This document shows, in pieces, positions 13,746 to 28,273 of a stretch of DNA of 61,975 nt. The DNA lies in assembly GCF_006345805.1 (NCBI RefSeq), contig NW_021832264.1, positions 1-61,975 on the forward strand, in the 5' to 3' direction. The stretch is from Octopus sinensis. Lineage: Eukaryota. Position 1 is the stretch's first letter. Each line of letters begins with the position of its first letter. The notes under the pieces are model-generated. The model was not told the origin of the DNA, did not search any database, and saw only the letters and a list, made by a program, of their open reading frames with translations. Made by a program: the position numbers and the translations under genes.

Positions 13746-13913
13746 AAGGCCGACACGGTTGAGTGAACATGTTTAGTTATAATCAAGAGTACGTACAAAC
13801 GACTCATGTCCACTTTCCCACCAGACAGATTAAATTTGGAGTGCAAACACTTGACAGAAACCATTCAAAGCATTGATTGTTTGGACATGTTCAGTCAACC
13901 GTGTCAGCCTTAA
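13746..13913. mobile_element. Small MITE with 27 bp TIRs (Kolobok-like)
   Basis: AAGGCCGACACGGTTGAGTGAACATGT at 13746-13772 versus reverse complement of 13885-13911 (25/27); TTAA at the right end only. Confidence 0.7.
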
Positions 13914-14431
13914 CTTACGACGCCGAACTTTGCCACTTGATACTAACACACGAACGTAGCGGGAAACCTACAAAAGTTTCTAAGACCAGTCATGTGACTA
14001 TCCTCTACCAACCAAATCCTATTCAAAACATATACTAATTTGAGCCAGGAACTCCCCATAAAAATAGGTCAAAACTTCAAACACTAGTCAGACGCAAGAC
14101 GGCTGCGACGTAAGCCATGTCTTTCTACTTGAATTCTTTGGAAAATCAGTGTAAACTGTGAAACCGGTTAAAGCTTTAAATATATTAATAAAAACATATT
14201 TCAACTATTCTCAGTGCGTTTTCAGCTTCTATTTTTCGTATATTTCTACCCGCGTGGAATAAAATAACTTTGTTTTCTACACACACACACACACACACAT
14301 GTATATATACATACGACGAGTTTCCAGACGGTTTATGTGTATGTGTTTGGTATAGTATTTTGTTTTTCCCTATTATTCGTCTCGGTCATTAGATTGTGCA
14401 AATAATAATAACTATTATTATTATTATTATT

Positions 14432-14647
14432 ATTTCTACTCTAGGCATAAGGCCTTGAAAATTTGTTGGGTAAGGGAGATAGTCGATTACATCGACTCCC
14501 AGTGCGTAACTGGTACTTATATCGGCCTCGAAAGGATGAAAGGCAAAGTCGACACCGGCGGAATTTGAACTCAGAACGCAGCGACGGGCGAAATGTCGCT
14601 AAGCATTTCGCCCGGCGTGCTAACGATTTTGCCAGGTCACCGCCTTA

Positions 14648-14697
<50 letters not shown>

Positions 14698-14912
14698 GTA
14701 ATTTCAAATTTTGCCACAAGGGCAGTCATTTTGGGGGAGGAGATGAGTTGATTACATCGGCCCGTGTTTCACTGGTTCTTGATTTATCGACTCCGAAAGG
14801 ATGAAAGGCAAAGTCGACCTCGGCTGAATTTGAACTCAGAACGTTGCGTCTTTGTGAAATACTGCCTAAGCATTTCGTCTTGCGTGCTAACGATTCTACC
14901 AGCTCATCGCCT
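14432..14912 (-). mobile_element. Two SINE family B copies between (TAA)n tracts
   Basis: B cores near 14525 and 14790; (AAT)n at ~14650 and ~14915. Confidence 0.88.
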
Positions 14913-14963
<51 letters not shown>

Positions 14964-15778
14964 TAATAATAATAATAATAATAATGATGATGATGATGAT
15001 GATGATGTGTAACGCGAAAGCAGTAATTTCTATATAGGATCTAGCTACTAAGCAGAAACCATTAATATGATATACCCAACTGATCTTATATGTACTGTTT
15101 CGGACTCCAATTGTTTGACTGTGTTCTTCCACGGCACAACTCATCCATGGAGTTGGTCTTGGCTGGCTTATCAGGCATTAAATAATGTGTAACTTGGTGT
15201 TTGTTTAGAGTCAAAGCACGTTTTTATACCTGATCCATTTAGCTTGCTGTGCCTAGCTCAAACCTGACCACAGAGATAGCTCGGAGAGATACTCTCCTGA
15301 AGTCAAAACGGTTAATCAGTCGTTAATGGATATTTCTGATTATATCTGATTGCAACTGTCACTAGATATCATTGCAGTTATGTCATATAATAAATAATCA
15401 TTGATTGGTTGATATGTTGATAATAATTAACTCTGCTGTGACCTGTGAAGTACTTCACACAGCGGTCATAGAGCGAGAATTGATGTTACGATTGCATGGT
15501 TCAAATGTTATATAATTTTAACTTGATTTCGATCCTTCGAAGTGTCAATATAATAATGGATTCTGATTAAGGCATAAGCCTAGCAGTTTTGAGTGGTGGT
15601 GGTGGTGGTGGTGGTGAGGGTTAATATTTGATTGGTTCTTTATTTCATCGATCTCGAAAAAACGCTGAACGACAATGTCAGCCTTGATAGGATTTAAAGC
15701 TTGAACGTAAAAGGACGAACTAGATACCAAATATCCTTTAATTCGCCATTCCTACGTATGTTTCTCTCATGACCTATG

Positions 15779-15838
<60 letters not shown>

Positions 15839-15850
15839 TAATAATAATAA

Positions 15851-16345
15851 TAAAAAGATGGGCTACAGTCTTGGTATAAAAGATGGGCTACAGCAAATAT
15901 TCTGCTCAATACCACAGATTTGCTTGTCAGTTGTTTGACCGTAACCAGTTGAGCATGTCCCTTAGTGGCTGACGATATGTGCATCTCTGATCACGAGCAG
16001 AAGTAGTGGGGGAGCATCATAGCCATGTGTTGAGAGGGATTCTTTGAGGTTTGAATAGTTCACCTCTGGAAACATGGGTGGTTCTTTCAACATCCTTAAA
16101 CAACCCTTATTCAGGGACCGTTTGAGCGGGATGGGCTACTCAACATGAAGAAAATTCTAACTGGGCCCCACCTGCAAGGTCATGTGCTGTTTATCTTGAT
16201 ATGAGATCACCATGTCGTGCACATATGGTTGTGATGCATGTGCCTGGTGTACCTTTATCAGACGAGTAGTCATGATGGGTATATTGGGCTTTTACCCCAG
16301 TGTCACTTTGATGGCATGCACTGCTCTCTCACTCAATAATAATAA
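15851..16345 (+). mobile_element. ~490 bp non-coding element flanked by (TAA)n; probable LINE 3' UTR or non-autonomous derivative
   Basis: Starts after a long (AAT)n, ends CTCTCACTC-AATAATAATAA; 5' duplication of TAAAAGATGGGCTACAG at 15851 and 15877. Confidence 0.55.
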
Positions 16346-16714
16346 ACCATACTCTGGGATATGCCAATACACACAGATAGAGAAATTAAGGCCAACAGAC
16401 CAGATATAGTTGTCAGAGATCATGAAGAAAAAAAATGCTTTCTAATTGATGTATCAATACCGGCAGATGGCAATGTGTCTCTAAAAGAAATGGAGAAACT
16501 CTCAAAATACAAAGACCTGGAAATAGAGGTAACCAGAATGTGGAATCTAAAAACAGAAACAATTCCTATCATAGTAGGTGCATTAGGCATGATAAAAAAA
16601 TATTCAGACAAATACATAACAAAAACACCAGGACTTACAAACACATATAACATACAGAAAATTGCACTACTGGGCACTGCACACATCCTACGCAGAACAC
16701 TTTCCATACAATAA
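16346..16714 (+). pseudogene. C-terminal restriction-like endonuclease fragment of an R4/Dong-type retrotransposon
   Basis: Open frame TILWDMPIHTDREIKANRPDIVV...LIDVSIP...EKLSKYKDL...PIIVGALG...KIALLGTAHILRR; PD-(D/E)xK signature. Confidence 0.9.
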
Positions 16715-18339
16715 CCTATAGATCCCAGGCAATATACAGACAGTTCCTAGCCTATTGGGTTTAGTCAGTCTTTGGTCATAGTCTCTAGTGGAACTATAAG
16801 TTATAACCTATAGTTCCACATTAATCCATGAGTCTATATGTCTTGTTTAAAGAAGCCTATAAGGTTTAAAGAAGCCTATAAGAAATAGTCAGCCTATCTT
16901 TGTCAACCAATTATAGTCTGCAGAGTACAATCAGTCTCCAGATATTAGGATATATAATCAAGCTATATAATTTAATCAGTATCTGTTCACTCAGTCGCCT
17001 TTTAATCCTCACTAGACTATAGATAATAACCAATCTGCAGATCCTAGCGAATGTATACATTATATCTAGCTTCTAGACTTACAGCGTTTTTGTTAGGAAT
17101 TTAGTTAATATCTGATAATTTGAGAAGGGTTGTGCCTGTTCTTCCGTTTGGCTCTATTTCCAGATTCTCACGAAATTTTGCCTTACTCCAATATAGATAC
17201 AGCATTATAATATAATTCTCAAATGAAATCTTTCTCCAATTATTACCGGAATGTTACTCTTTATTGAAAGAAGATGAATGGAAACAGAGCAAATTTTTGT
17301 TATTTCGCTTACTTCCGATTACCTAAGTATTGATGTGCTTTTAGCAGCTTTTTGTAGTTTATACCAGGTTTGCTTGGGTTCCAAGAAGTTCTGCTGCATA
17401 GCAGCAGCTGCCAACCACTAAACACTAATAATAAACTACTTTGATCTGAAAAACGGATTCATATTCCGTGTTCTTCAGAGAAATGAAACCAGAGAATAGA
17501 TTATCATCGGTTGATATAGTGAATCCATTTTTCATTGCATATTGCAATTCGAAGCAAAAGCAAAATCTTTGTGTTTGTAATTTGAAGGAAAAACAAATAT
17601 CAAGTTATTAGGGAACTGTTTTCTGTTGATTCAGGTGGACATGACTCTATTTATCTAGATTTCATTATTTACCAATACCATTCGAAAAAAAAAAACAAAA
17701 AAAAAGAAACAAAAAAGAAACAAAAAAGAAAAGAAAAAAGCAAAAAAAAAAAAAATACTGGAGTTGGCCGGGAGGTTTCTCTGTCGTTTCATGGTATGAA
17801 TATTTTATATAATTGAGTGTCACGGAATGCCGAGTTGTTAAGGACCCCCCCCCCCCGCCAAACCCCCCCCCCAACAACAAAACAAACAAAACAACGCTTC
17901 TCATTCGAAGGGGTCAACAGTTCGTATCGAGAGTAAGAAAGTTATCTCTCAATGGTCGAGTACTTCCAGATGAATTCACTTTCTCTCGGAGAGGGATAAG
18001 TTTCGCTTGATGGACTTACGTTAGATATTGCATTTCACCGAAAGTATTTGGGGGCTGACGTAACCTTAAAGTCTTATGTTATGGAAATACGTCATTCAAT
18101 ACAATGAAGACATTCATGAACCAACCAGGGAAGCTCTGCTTGATCACTCGATCTGCTAGAAATAGCAACTAAATCTCTCTCAAATCACAACTTATGGCTT
18201 AAACAAACGACACGTTGAGTAATCCTGTCTTAGATGCAAAGAGAAAATGAAAAAAAAAAGATAGTCATGGATTAACATGGGCTTGCTTAATCAAGGCTGA
18301 TCTTAATCTAAACAACAATAACAGCAGCAACGTATTTGC

Positions 18340-18640
18340 TATAGGTGCGTGGCCCAGTGAGTAGGGTGTTTTCATTCCCGATAGCCGGATCGTGGATTTG
18401 ATTCCCGGATCCGGCGACTCGTTGTGTTCTTGAGCCAAGCGCTTCATTTCGCATTACACCACTTCGCTCACCTGGAAATGAGTAACCTTGCAACAGAATA
18501 CTTCTCCGATCAAATGGGGAATGTAGACCCGCTCACCCAGCCAGCGGGCTTGAATCATTTTGGAAGCTAAAACGATGCAAAGCACATTAAGCTCACCGAT
18601 GTATAACAATATCCGATAGTCTGGACGATCTCGTGATTTG
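18340..18640 (+). mobile_element. SINE family D, tail type 1
   Basis: D head and body; 3' GCTAAAACGATGCAAAGCACATT...CAATATCCGATAGTCTGG matches the tail of family C copies. Confidence 0.7.
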
Positions 18641-18835
18641 TTGCACATCCCCTTTTTTTTATTGAAGGGGTGTGGCTTAGTATTTAGATTTTGGGGTTTG
18701 CATTTTGCTGATACACGCTCTTGAAACAGCCTCAGATTTAAATCATTTACTTGAGCCCTTTATTTCATGTGAACCATGATATTCCCCACACATTTTGATG
18801 TTTTTATCTTCCCTTTTTTTTTTTATATACATCTA

Positions 18836-19320
18836 AGACGGCGAGCTGGCAGAAACGTTAGCACGCCGGGCGAAATGCGTAGCCGTATTTCGTCCGCCGT
18901 TACGTTCTGAGTTCAAATTCCGCCGAGGTCGACTTTGCCTTTCATCCTTTCGGGGTCGATAAATTAAGTACCAGTTACGCACTGGGATCGATGTAATCGA
19001 CTTAATCCCTTTGTCTGTCCTTGTTTGCCCCCTCTATGTTTAGCCCCTTGTGGGCAATAAAAAAATAAGAATCGTTAGCGCGCCGGGCGAAATGCTTAGC
19101 GGCATTTCATCTGTCTTCATGTTCTGAGTTCAAATTCCGCCAATGTCGACTTTGCCTTTCATCTTTTCAGTGTCTATAAAATAAGTACCAGTTGCGATCT
19201 AATCGACTGGCTTCCTTCCCCAAAATTTCGGGCCTTGTGTCTAGAATTTAAAAAAAATGAAAAACAATCGACTTATTGCTCTCTCCCAAATTCCAGGCCT
19301 TGTGCCTATAATACAAAGTA
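18836..19320 (+). mobile_element. SINE family B dimer
   Basis: Head GGCGAGCTGGCAGAAACGTTAGC, B box GAGTTCAAATTCC; two cores. Confidence 0.9.
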
Positions 19321-19452
19321 TAATTTTTTTTTATTCAGCTGAAAAAGAAAGATAACATATTGTGACATCTGTTTTGTTCTTTTTTTTTCTTCTGGAGAGC
19401 ATTGCCAGTATTAAGTAAAGTATAATGAGTTTCTACTGGAAATTGAAACAGA

Positions 19453-19617
19453 TAGGCGCAGGAGTGGCTGTGTGGTAAGTAGCTTGCTTACCAACCACAT
19501 GGTTCCGGGTTCAGTCCCACTGCGTGGCACCTTGGGCAAGTGTATTCTACTATAGCCTCGGGCCGACCAATGCCCTGTGAGTGGATTTGGTAGACGGAAA
19601 CTGAAAGAAGCCTGTCG

Positions 19618-19650
<33 letters not shown>

Positions 19651-19880
19651 GTGTGTTTGTGTGTCTGTGTTTGTCCCCCTAGCATTGTTTGACAACCGAT
19701 GCTGGTGTGTTTACGTCCCCGTCACTTAGCGGTTCGGCAAAAGAGACCGATAGAATAAGTACTGGGCTTACAAAGAAAAAGTCCCGGGGTCGATTTGCTC
19801 GACTAAAGGCGGTGCTCCAGCATGACCACAGTCAAATGACTGAAACAAGGAAAATAGAGGAAAAGAGAGTAAAAGAGAGA
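19453..19880 (+). mobile_element. SINE family A, full length
   Basis: Complete head, internal microsatellite and tail. Confidence 0.92.
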
Positions 19881-20402
19881 CTCGCGTTCTTGCATATCGA
19901 GACATATACCATTTATCGTATTCTTTCTAAGTTTGGTTCAGAACCCCGCAAGGTGGGGGTGGCTATTGTAGCGAGTATCGCTGGCCATTCTCTGTGGCAA
20001 CGCCTTTGCAATCATGTCTGCGAGGAGCGGCTAAACACGCCATTTGTTCTGGCGTGTACAACACGTTAATCCCTCCTCCGTCTTCTGTTGCTTAATCCAC
20101 ACCCTTTTTTCTTATTTCTTCTTTTTTTTTTGTTTCCTAGGTGAAGTTAAGGTTAAGGCTTTTTTCTTTGTCTAATTTCATCTTTTATACTTTCAATGTC
20201 CTCTTTCTTCTTCTTTTTTTTTTTTTTGTTTGTAAACATATGTTGTTAATAAGACGTAATTCATAAGATTCTTAAGAAATGCGTTCTGTTGTCTTGGTCT
20301 TGATCCGAAGAATCTGTTATTGAAGATTAGTAATGATTTCTCCCTTGTAAAGCTTACGTTTGTAAGGAAGTGGAATATGGAATTCTCTGTTATCTCTAAT
20401 TT

Positions 20403-20962
20403 CCGAACCTTTCTTTTCCTGCACAAATATCGGCAGCACCAAGCCCCATTGTCCAATGAGTCTACTATTGCACCAGTTCGTTCAAGTCTTTTTCGGACTT
20501 AAGACTCGCAGCTAATGTCACAATAAATTTTTGGTCCTCCCTGTCCTGCTCTCTTATTGTGAGACTTGGGACGCTGTCCGGGGTCCTTAGGTGCCACCTG
20601 AACTCCTTCGGTACCAGGACGCTTCGTAAGGACAATGGGTTACCATTGGTCGGATTTCGTATCCAAATAACGGCTCTGCTCAGAAACTGGAAAGCACACT
20701 GTTACTTGTATGATTCGGGAGCGTTAGCTCAGACTGTTTGGCCATGTTGTTCGATTTTATCTGAGTTAGACTCTGCTTACCGTGTTCCCTTCGCTGAGGA
20801 CCCGGCTGGGTTGACGGCTTGTGTTGGTCAACCACATGTTACATGGTCACGGCAGATGAGAAGGTACCTCGCTGAGATCCGGACCGACCCGGGAATATAC
20901 CGACAAATGGAGAATGCAACAACGCACTGCAACGGCGCATGCCCCATAACGTGACTTAACCT
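20403..20962 (+). mobile_element. 5'-truncated, 5'-inverted RTE-clade LINE
   Basis: Sense part from 20534: VLPVLLSYCETW, LNSFGTRTLR, RE-R*LRLFGHV, THCNGACPIT-stop. Antisense 20403-20533 encodes the immediately upstream peptide VDSLDNGAWCCRYLCRKRKVR. Confidence 0.85.
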
Positions 20963-21114
20963 ATCTTCCGCTAAGACTATTATTAACAAAATCGAAGTTA
21001 AGTTGCTTCAGATGGAAATCCAGGACGAGTAACAAACTCAATTCGCAAGCGACTTGTGGTTACTTATAAAGCTCGTCTACTGATGTTGCATAATACCTAT
21101 CTCATTATTTGTGA

Positions 21115-21740
21115 AGAAGTGGCGAGCTAGTAGAAACATTAGCACGCCGAGCGAACTGCTTAGTGGTATTTCGTCTGCCGTTACGTTTTGAGTTCAAATT
21201 TCGCCGAGGTCGACTTTGCCTTTCATCCTTTCGGGGTCGATTAAATAAGTACCAGTTACGCACTGGGGTCGATATAATCGACTTAATCCGTTTGTCTGTC
21301 CTTGTTCGCTCCCTCTGTGTTTAGCCCCTTGTGGGTAGTAAAGAAATAGGTATTTTGTTTGTCTTTATGTTCTGAATTCAAATCCCGCAGAGGTTCACTT
21401 TCCCTTTCATCTTTTTGAGGTCGATAAATTAAGTACCAGTTGCATACTGGGTCGATCTAATCGACTGGCCCCCTCCCTCAAAATTTCGCGCCTTGTGCCT
21501 AGAGTAGAAGCGTTATTTGTGAAGAAGTAGGTGGCGAGCTGGCAGAATCGTTAGCATGCCGCGCAAAATGCTTACGCGGTATTTCGTCTGTCTTTACGTT
21601 GTGAGTTCAAATTCCGCCGAGGTCGACTTCGCCTTTCATCCTTTCGGGGTCGATAAATTAAGTACTAGTTGCGTACGGGGGTCGATGTAATAGACTGGTC
21701 CTCTCTCCAAAAATTTCATGCCTTTAGTAGAAAGGATTAT
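21115..21740 (+). mobile_element. SINE family B dimer plus monomer
   Basis: Three B cores; long-tail junction at 21349. Confidence 0.9.
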
Positions 21741-21749
21741 TTGTGAAGA

Positions 21750-22040
21750 AGTGTGTCTCAGTTCACGATCGCAGGTTCGTAAGTTCGATTTCCGGCGACG
21801 CGTTGTGTCCTTCAGCAAGACACTTTATCTCACATTATTGTAGTCCACTCATTGGCAAAAATGAGTTGTACACATATTTCAGAGGGCTAGCCTCGTCACA
21901 CTCTGTGTCATGCTGAATCTCACTGAGAACTACGTTAAGAGTGTGCGTGTGCTCAGCCACTTGCATTTTGAATTCACACGCAGATTTTTCCGCTGATCTC
22001 ATCGATCGGAACGCACGTCGTCGTAACCGACGGAGTTCCT
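21750..22040 (+). mobile_element. SINE family D, tail type 2
   Basis: Homologous to 7115-7448. Confidence 0.8.
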
Positions 22041-22551
22041 GTTTATCTCGTCATGTCCAGTTATGTGACATATATCGATATATGTCCTTCACTCTCTATT
22101 CCATATATCGATGTATGTTATTCACCCCCCCCACCTATCTCAGACTTTTTACATCTTTTGCATCAGCTTAACTTGGAAGATGGTTGTAGCAAGATTATAC
22201 AAATATCTCCACCAAGGAAGATCATTAAAAATGTTTTTTCCTCGAACATTAAGATTCAAAATGCCGGTTACCTGGTTTCCGTGGTGTATAAGGGAGGGAC
22301 CGAGATCACAACATAACCCCTGAACAGGGCACCAGTCCGTAGAAGGGTTCATGGCCCAGCAATTCTGAGGAGAAAGTGCAAGTTGATTGCATCGGCCCTT
22401 GAACTTGACGGGCACTTTATTTTATCGATCCAGAATGCATGAAGGGCAATGTTGGCCACTGCGGAATTAGAAATTATGGCTTTTAAATGTTTGCTGGACG
22501 CTTTATTATAATACTTCGTTGTTCCATTCTCTTTAGACGCTTTATTATAAT

Positions 22552-22843
22552 ACTGCGTTGTTCCATTCTCCATTTGTCGGTATATTCCCGGGTCCTCCCG
22601 GGCGACCAGTCGAGCAGAGACCCAGTCAGTCCGGATCTCGCGAGGTACCTACTCATCTGTCGTGACCATGTAACATGTGGTTGACCAACACAAGCCGTCA
22701 ACCCAGCCGGGTCCTCAGCGAAGGGAACACGGTAAGCAGAGTCTAACTCAGAAAAAATCGAGCAGTCTGAGCTAACGCTCCCGAATCATACAAGTAACAG
22801 TACGCATTCCAGTTTCTCAGTAGAGCCGTTAGTTGGATACGAA
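22552..22843 (-). mobile_element. Second RTE fragment, inverted relative to the copy at 20534
   Basis: 92 nt identical core (20760-20851 versus 22661-22752); 39 bp tandem duplication at its 3' junction (22497-22570). Confidence 0.9.
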
Positions 22844-22867
22844 CTTCCTCCAAGACTAGAAATTTTG

Positions 22868-23700
22868 AGGCGGCGAGCTGGCAGAAACGTTAGCACGCCG
22901 GGCGAAATGCATAGCCGTATTTCGTCTGCTGTTATGTTGTGAGTTCAAATTCCTCCGAGGTCTACTTTGCCTTTCATCCATTCGGGGGTTGATAAATTAA
23001 ATATCAGTTACGCACTGGGGTCGATATAATCGACTTAATCCGTCTGTCTGTCCTTGTTTGTCTCCTCTGTGTTTAGCCCCTTGTGGGTAGTAAAGAAATA
23101 GGTATTTCGTCTGCCGGTACGTTCTGAGTTCAAATTCCGCCGAGGTCAACTTTGCGTTTCATCCTTTCGGGGTCGATAAATTAAGTACCAGTTACGCACT
23201 GGCGTCGATCTAATAAGCTTAATCCCTTTGTCTGTCTTTGTTTGTCCCCTCTATGTTTAGCCGCTTGTGGGCAATAACGAAATAAGAAATTTTGAGGGTT
23301 CGAATAAGTCAATTACTTCAACCCCTGTATTTGACAGGAACTTTATTTTATCGACTTCGAAAAGATGAAAGGCAAAATTAACCTCGGCAGGATTTGAGCT
23401 CAAAACGCAAAGAGCCGGAAGCAATGTCGTTTAGCATGTTTTTCCGAGGTGCAAACGATACTGGCAGCTCGCCACCTTCTTGTGCTTATAACGGTTACAC
23501 ATTTTGACACAAAGCCGATAATTTTAGGAGAGGGAGTTAGTCAACCTCAGTATTCAACTGGTACTTATTTTATCGACTGCAAATGGATGAACGACAGAGT
23601 TGACCTTGGAGGGAATTGAACTCAAAACTTAAAGAGTCAGAAGGAGTACTGTTAAACGTTTTCTCCAGTGTGATAAGGATTTTGCCAGATTACCGCCGCT
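22868..23700. mobile_element. SINE family B cluster (+ dimer 22868-23288; - copies 23300-23478 and 23495-23700)
   Basis: B heads and cores in both orientations. Confidence 0.85.
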
Positions 23701-23779
23701 TGTGTCTATAAAAAAAATGACTTTCATGGTAAAATAGTCTTTTAGGGTAAAAGAGAGATAACCTCTATTTATCACCCCT

Positions 23780-24590
<811 letters not shown>

Positions 24591-24599
24591 ATATATATA

Positions 24600-24980
24600 T
24601 ATATGTATATTCTTTTACTTGTTTCAGTCATTTAATTGCGGCCAAGCTGGAGCACCGCCTTTTATTCGAAAAAATCGACCCCAGGACTTATTCTTTGAAA
24701 AGCCTGGTACTTATTCTATCGGTCTCTTTTGCTGAACCACTAAAGTTACGGTGACATAAACACACCAACATCGGTTATCAAGCGATGGATGCGGGACAAA
24801 CACAGACGCAACACACATACACACATATATACGACGGGATTCTTTCAGTTTCCGTCTACCAAATCCACTCGCAGGGCTTTGTTCGGCCCGAGGCTTTAGT
24901 AGAAGACACTTTCCCAAGGTACCACGCAGTGGGATTGAACCCGGAACCATGTGGTTGGAAAAGCAAACTACTTACCACAT
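24600..24980 (-). mobile_element. SINE family A
   Basis: Homology over the full length. Confidence 0.88.
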
Positions 24981-25049
24981 GACTTACGCTGTGTACGTAC
25001 GTGTATCATTCTATCCGTCTATCGACCTCGGTATGTATGCATACATACA

Positions 25050-25109
25050 TATACATTTATGCAGGTATATATGTACATACCCACACACATACACATGTAT
25101 TTATGTGTG

Positions 25110-25152
<43 letters not shown>

Positions 25153-25258
25153 GTACTTATATATATATATGCGTGTGCATATATATATATATATATATAT
25201 GCCATATATATTGTGTACACACAGACACACACCACCACACACACACACACACACATAT

Positions 25259-25294
<36 letters not shown>

Positions 25295-25361
25295 CGAAAG
25301 TAGATATTAAATTTATCTTCGTCATTTGTCTTACACTTCACTGACAAGTGAAAGAAGTGAT

Positions 25362-25398
<37 letters not shown>

Positions 25399-27486
25399 AG
25401 AGAGGGAGAGGAGGGAGAGGAGTGAGAAAGAAGTGTAGTTAGATATATAAGGAGAAAGTCAAAGAGAGAAGGGGGAAAGAATAAAGATCGAGAGAACGAG
25501 AGCGAGAAAGAGAAAGAGAAAGAGAAAGAGAAAGAGAATGGGGTGAGTGAGTGAGGAGAGTAGGGGGGGGTGTAATGAAAAATAGTGATGGAGAAATGAA
25601 ACGGGGGCGAAAGTGGTGGCGAGAGTGAGAGAAGAAGAGAAGAAGAAGAAGAAGAAGAGGAGGAGGCAGAAGATGAAGATGAAGAGGAGGATGAAGAAGA
25701 GAGAGAGAGAGAGAGGGACGTAAGATATATTGCTTAATAGTCCATTTTAACCTTAACTAGCTGAATTGAGCAGAAATTAATGTTGCATTAACCCTGTCCA
25801 ACGCTAATCCGACGCACAGTTAATCTGTAATTTTAACCTCTCTCCTTCGTGGCAAATAATCCCCCCACCCCACCCATCAACACCACCGCCACCACCACCG
25901 CCACCACCACCATCACCACCGCCATCACCACCGCCCTAATTGTCCCCTCCCCACACCCCACCCGACCTCCTTCGCAACCTCACCTCACCACTCCTACCTC
26001 CATCTTCTTCTTCTTCTTCTTCTTCTTCTTCCTCCTCCTGCCACCTCTCCCTCCCTCCCACCTTCCTCCTCCACCTTCCTCCTCTTCCCTGACAAAACAC
26101 AGTAACCATGTCAACTAACATCATTAAACTACAATTGTCAGATCGACAGTTATGGCTGATTTGCAAGAAATACTAAGTTTTTAATCGTATATGTAACGCT
26201 TCCTTTCATTGTTATTGATTTAACTCTAAACAATTAATTCTTTCATTATGTTCACAATGAATTTTATATAAAGCTTCTCTCTCTCTCTCTCTTAATCTCT
26301 CCCCCCCTCTCTCTCTCTCTCTCCTTTCCTTCCTCTCTATTTCTCTCTCTATCTCTATCTATCTATCTCTATCTCTCTCTCTACCTTTTCCAATTTCTGA
26401 CAATAAATGCCAATATCTAATTTTAGTTGCCATGGTTTCAATATTAGATTGTATGAAACGGAGAAAAATATGTTGGTTGGTACGGTAAGGTATGGTGGTA
26501 TGGTGGTATGGCATGGTTTAGAATGGTATGTATGTGTAGAAACAGATAAGATAGATGTGCAGAGAATTAAAAGCGTGGTGGAATATAATGAAGAAATTAG
26601 CGGTAGTAGTTGTTTCATCTACATCAATCAGTTAAAACCAAAAAGCCCCCCCCTGCCATCCCAGCCGCCGCCGCCGCTATCGCCAACACCAGCGCGCCAG
26701 AGCCAGCGCCAGCACCAGCGCCGCCGCCGCCGCCACCACCGCTACTACCGCCGCCGCCGCTACTACCGCCGCCGCCGCATCCTTGCTCCATCACCGTTTA
26801 TTTTCCCCATCGCCCCGTTTCACATATACCACCACCACCACCACCACCACCACCACCCCTCTCCACCTCGCTCGCTCGCTTCTTTTGTTTCAATTATGTT
26901 GATGTCAACTTTGCCTGGTAAACATCTATCTTAATGAGAGCTGTGTGTGCGCAACATCACCGCCACCACCACCACCAACACCACCACCGCCACCACCACC
27001 ACCACCACCACATCACCATCACCGCCACCACCACCATCACCGCCACCACCATCACCGCTATCGTTAGTGGCGGTAAAGCTACTTTCTTTTTCTTCGCCTA
27101 TCCTCCCACCCTCCCTCCTTCCTTCCTTCCTTGCTTCTTCTTCTTCTTCTTTCCACCACACTCCCATCACCACCCACCCACCCACCAACCACCACTACCA
27201 CTACCACCATCATCGCCATCCCTCTCCGTTCCCTTTAACTCTACTGCTATACAATAATAAACAGTCCAGCATAGACTCGAAACATTCAGTGATGTATCTA
27301 TCTATGCGCGTTTACATAATAGAAAAATGACAAAAAGAAAAAAAAAAACAAAAACGAAAAAAAACCAACAAAAACCAAAAAGAACAGAAAAATTCACCTC
27401 TGTATTATCTTACAATCCCCCCTTGTTTACGATGCTGCTTCATTCATTTCATTAGTATTGTAATGGTAATGGTAATAATAATAATA

Positions 27487-27524
<38 letters not shown>

Positions 27525-27688
27525 GTAATAATTTTGACAATAGTGACATAAATAATAGTTTCTTTTAAATCCGTATAATAGCTTCTTCAGCGCTTATATT
27601 CATACGTAATTAAAAGATTCCGAAAAGGGAGGGCTTAATTCTTAATTTACTCCAGCAAATGCTAATGTGTATATGTATATGTGCATAT

Positions 27689-27727
<39 letters not shown>

Positions 27728-27728
27728 A

Positions 27729-27771
<43 letters not shown>

Positions 27772-27777
27772 TATATA

Positions 27778-27812
<35 letters not shown>

Positions 27813-27830
27813 AAGTATATATAGGTATAT
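25050..27830. repeat. Mixed microsatellites (TA, GA, GAA, CAC, CGC, TAA) with short unique spacers
   Basis: Directly visible. Confidence 0.85.
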
Positions 27831-28273
27831 GTACTCACACAATACATATATTACCATGAAAAGTGACGCAGATTATAAATCGAATTTATTCGTAACAAAA
27901 ACCCCCTCTCACAATGCGTTATTCAATGATCTTGTAATAAAACAATGTAACCCAAGTATTAAAGGTTTACGAACGAATTACGAACAACTCAAATATATAC
28001 ATCATCCTTTCAGCAAGAGTGCTTTCTGAAGAAACGATCCTAGACGACGTACGAGTGAGAAATTGATCTGATCTTCTCCAATTCACCCTGTTGGCAATTG
28101 AAAATTCCAGAATGATTTCGTGATTCACATCTGAACGCCAAGTAATTAGTGATCCAATGGGCAAGCTCCCACGTGATCGGTCGGTGTGGTACGTAGAAAT
28201 AGCAGCCCAAAACTCCCTCGAATGAGCCCCAGTAAGTTTTCCTAAATAAAGGTAGATTACATTAGTTAATGTT

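Noticed and set aside
16715-17480. Possible decayed coding sequence on the minus strand
   Set aside because: Short frames with frequent stops and no recognisable motif.
22053-22316. 87-aa non-repetitive ORF
   Set aside because: No recognisable domain or splice context; ordinary length for chance.
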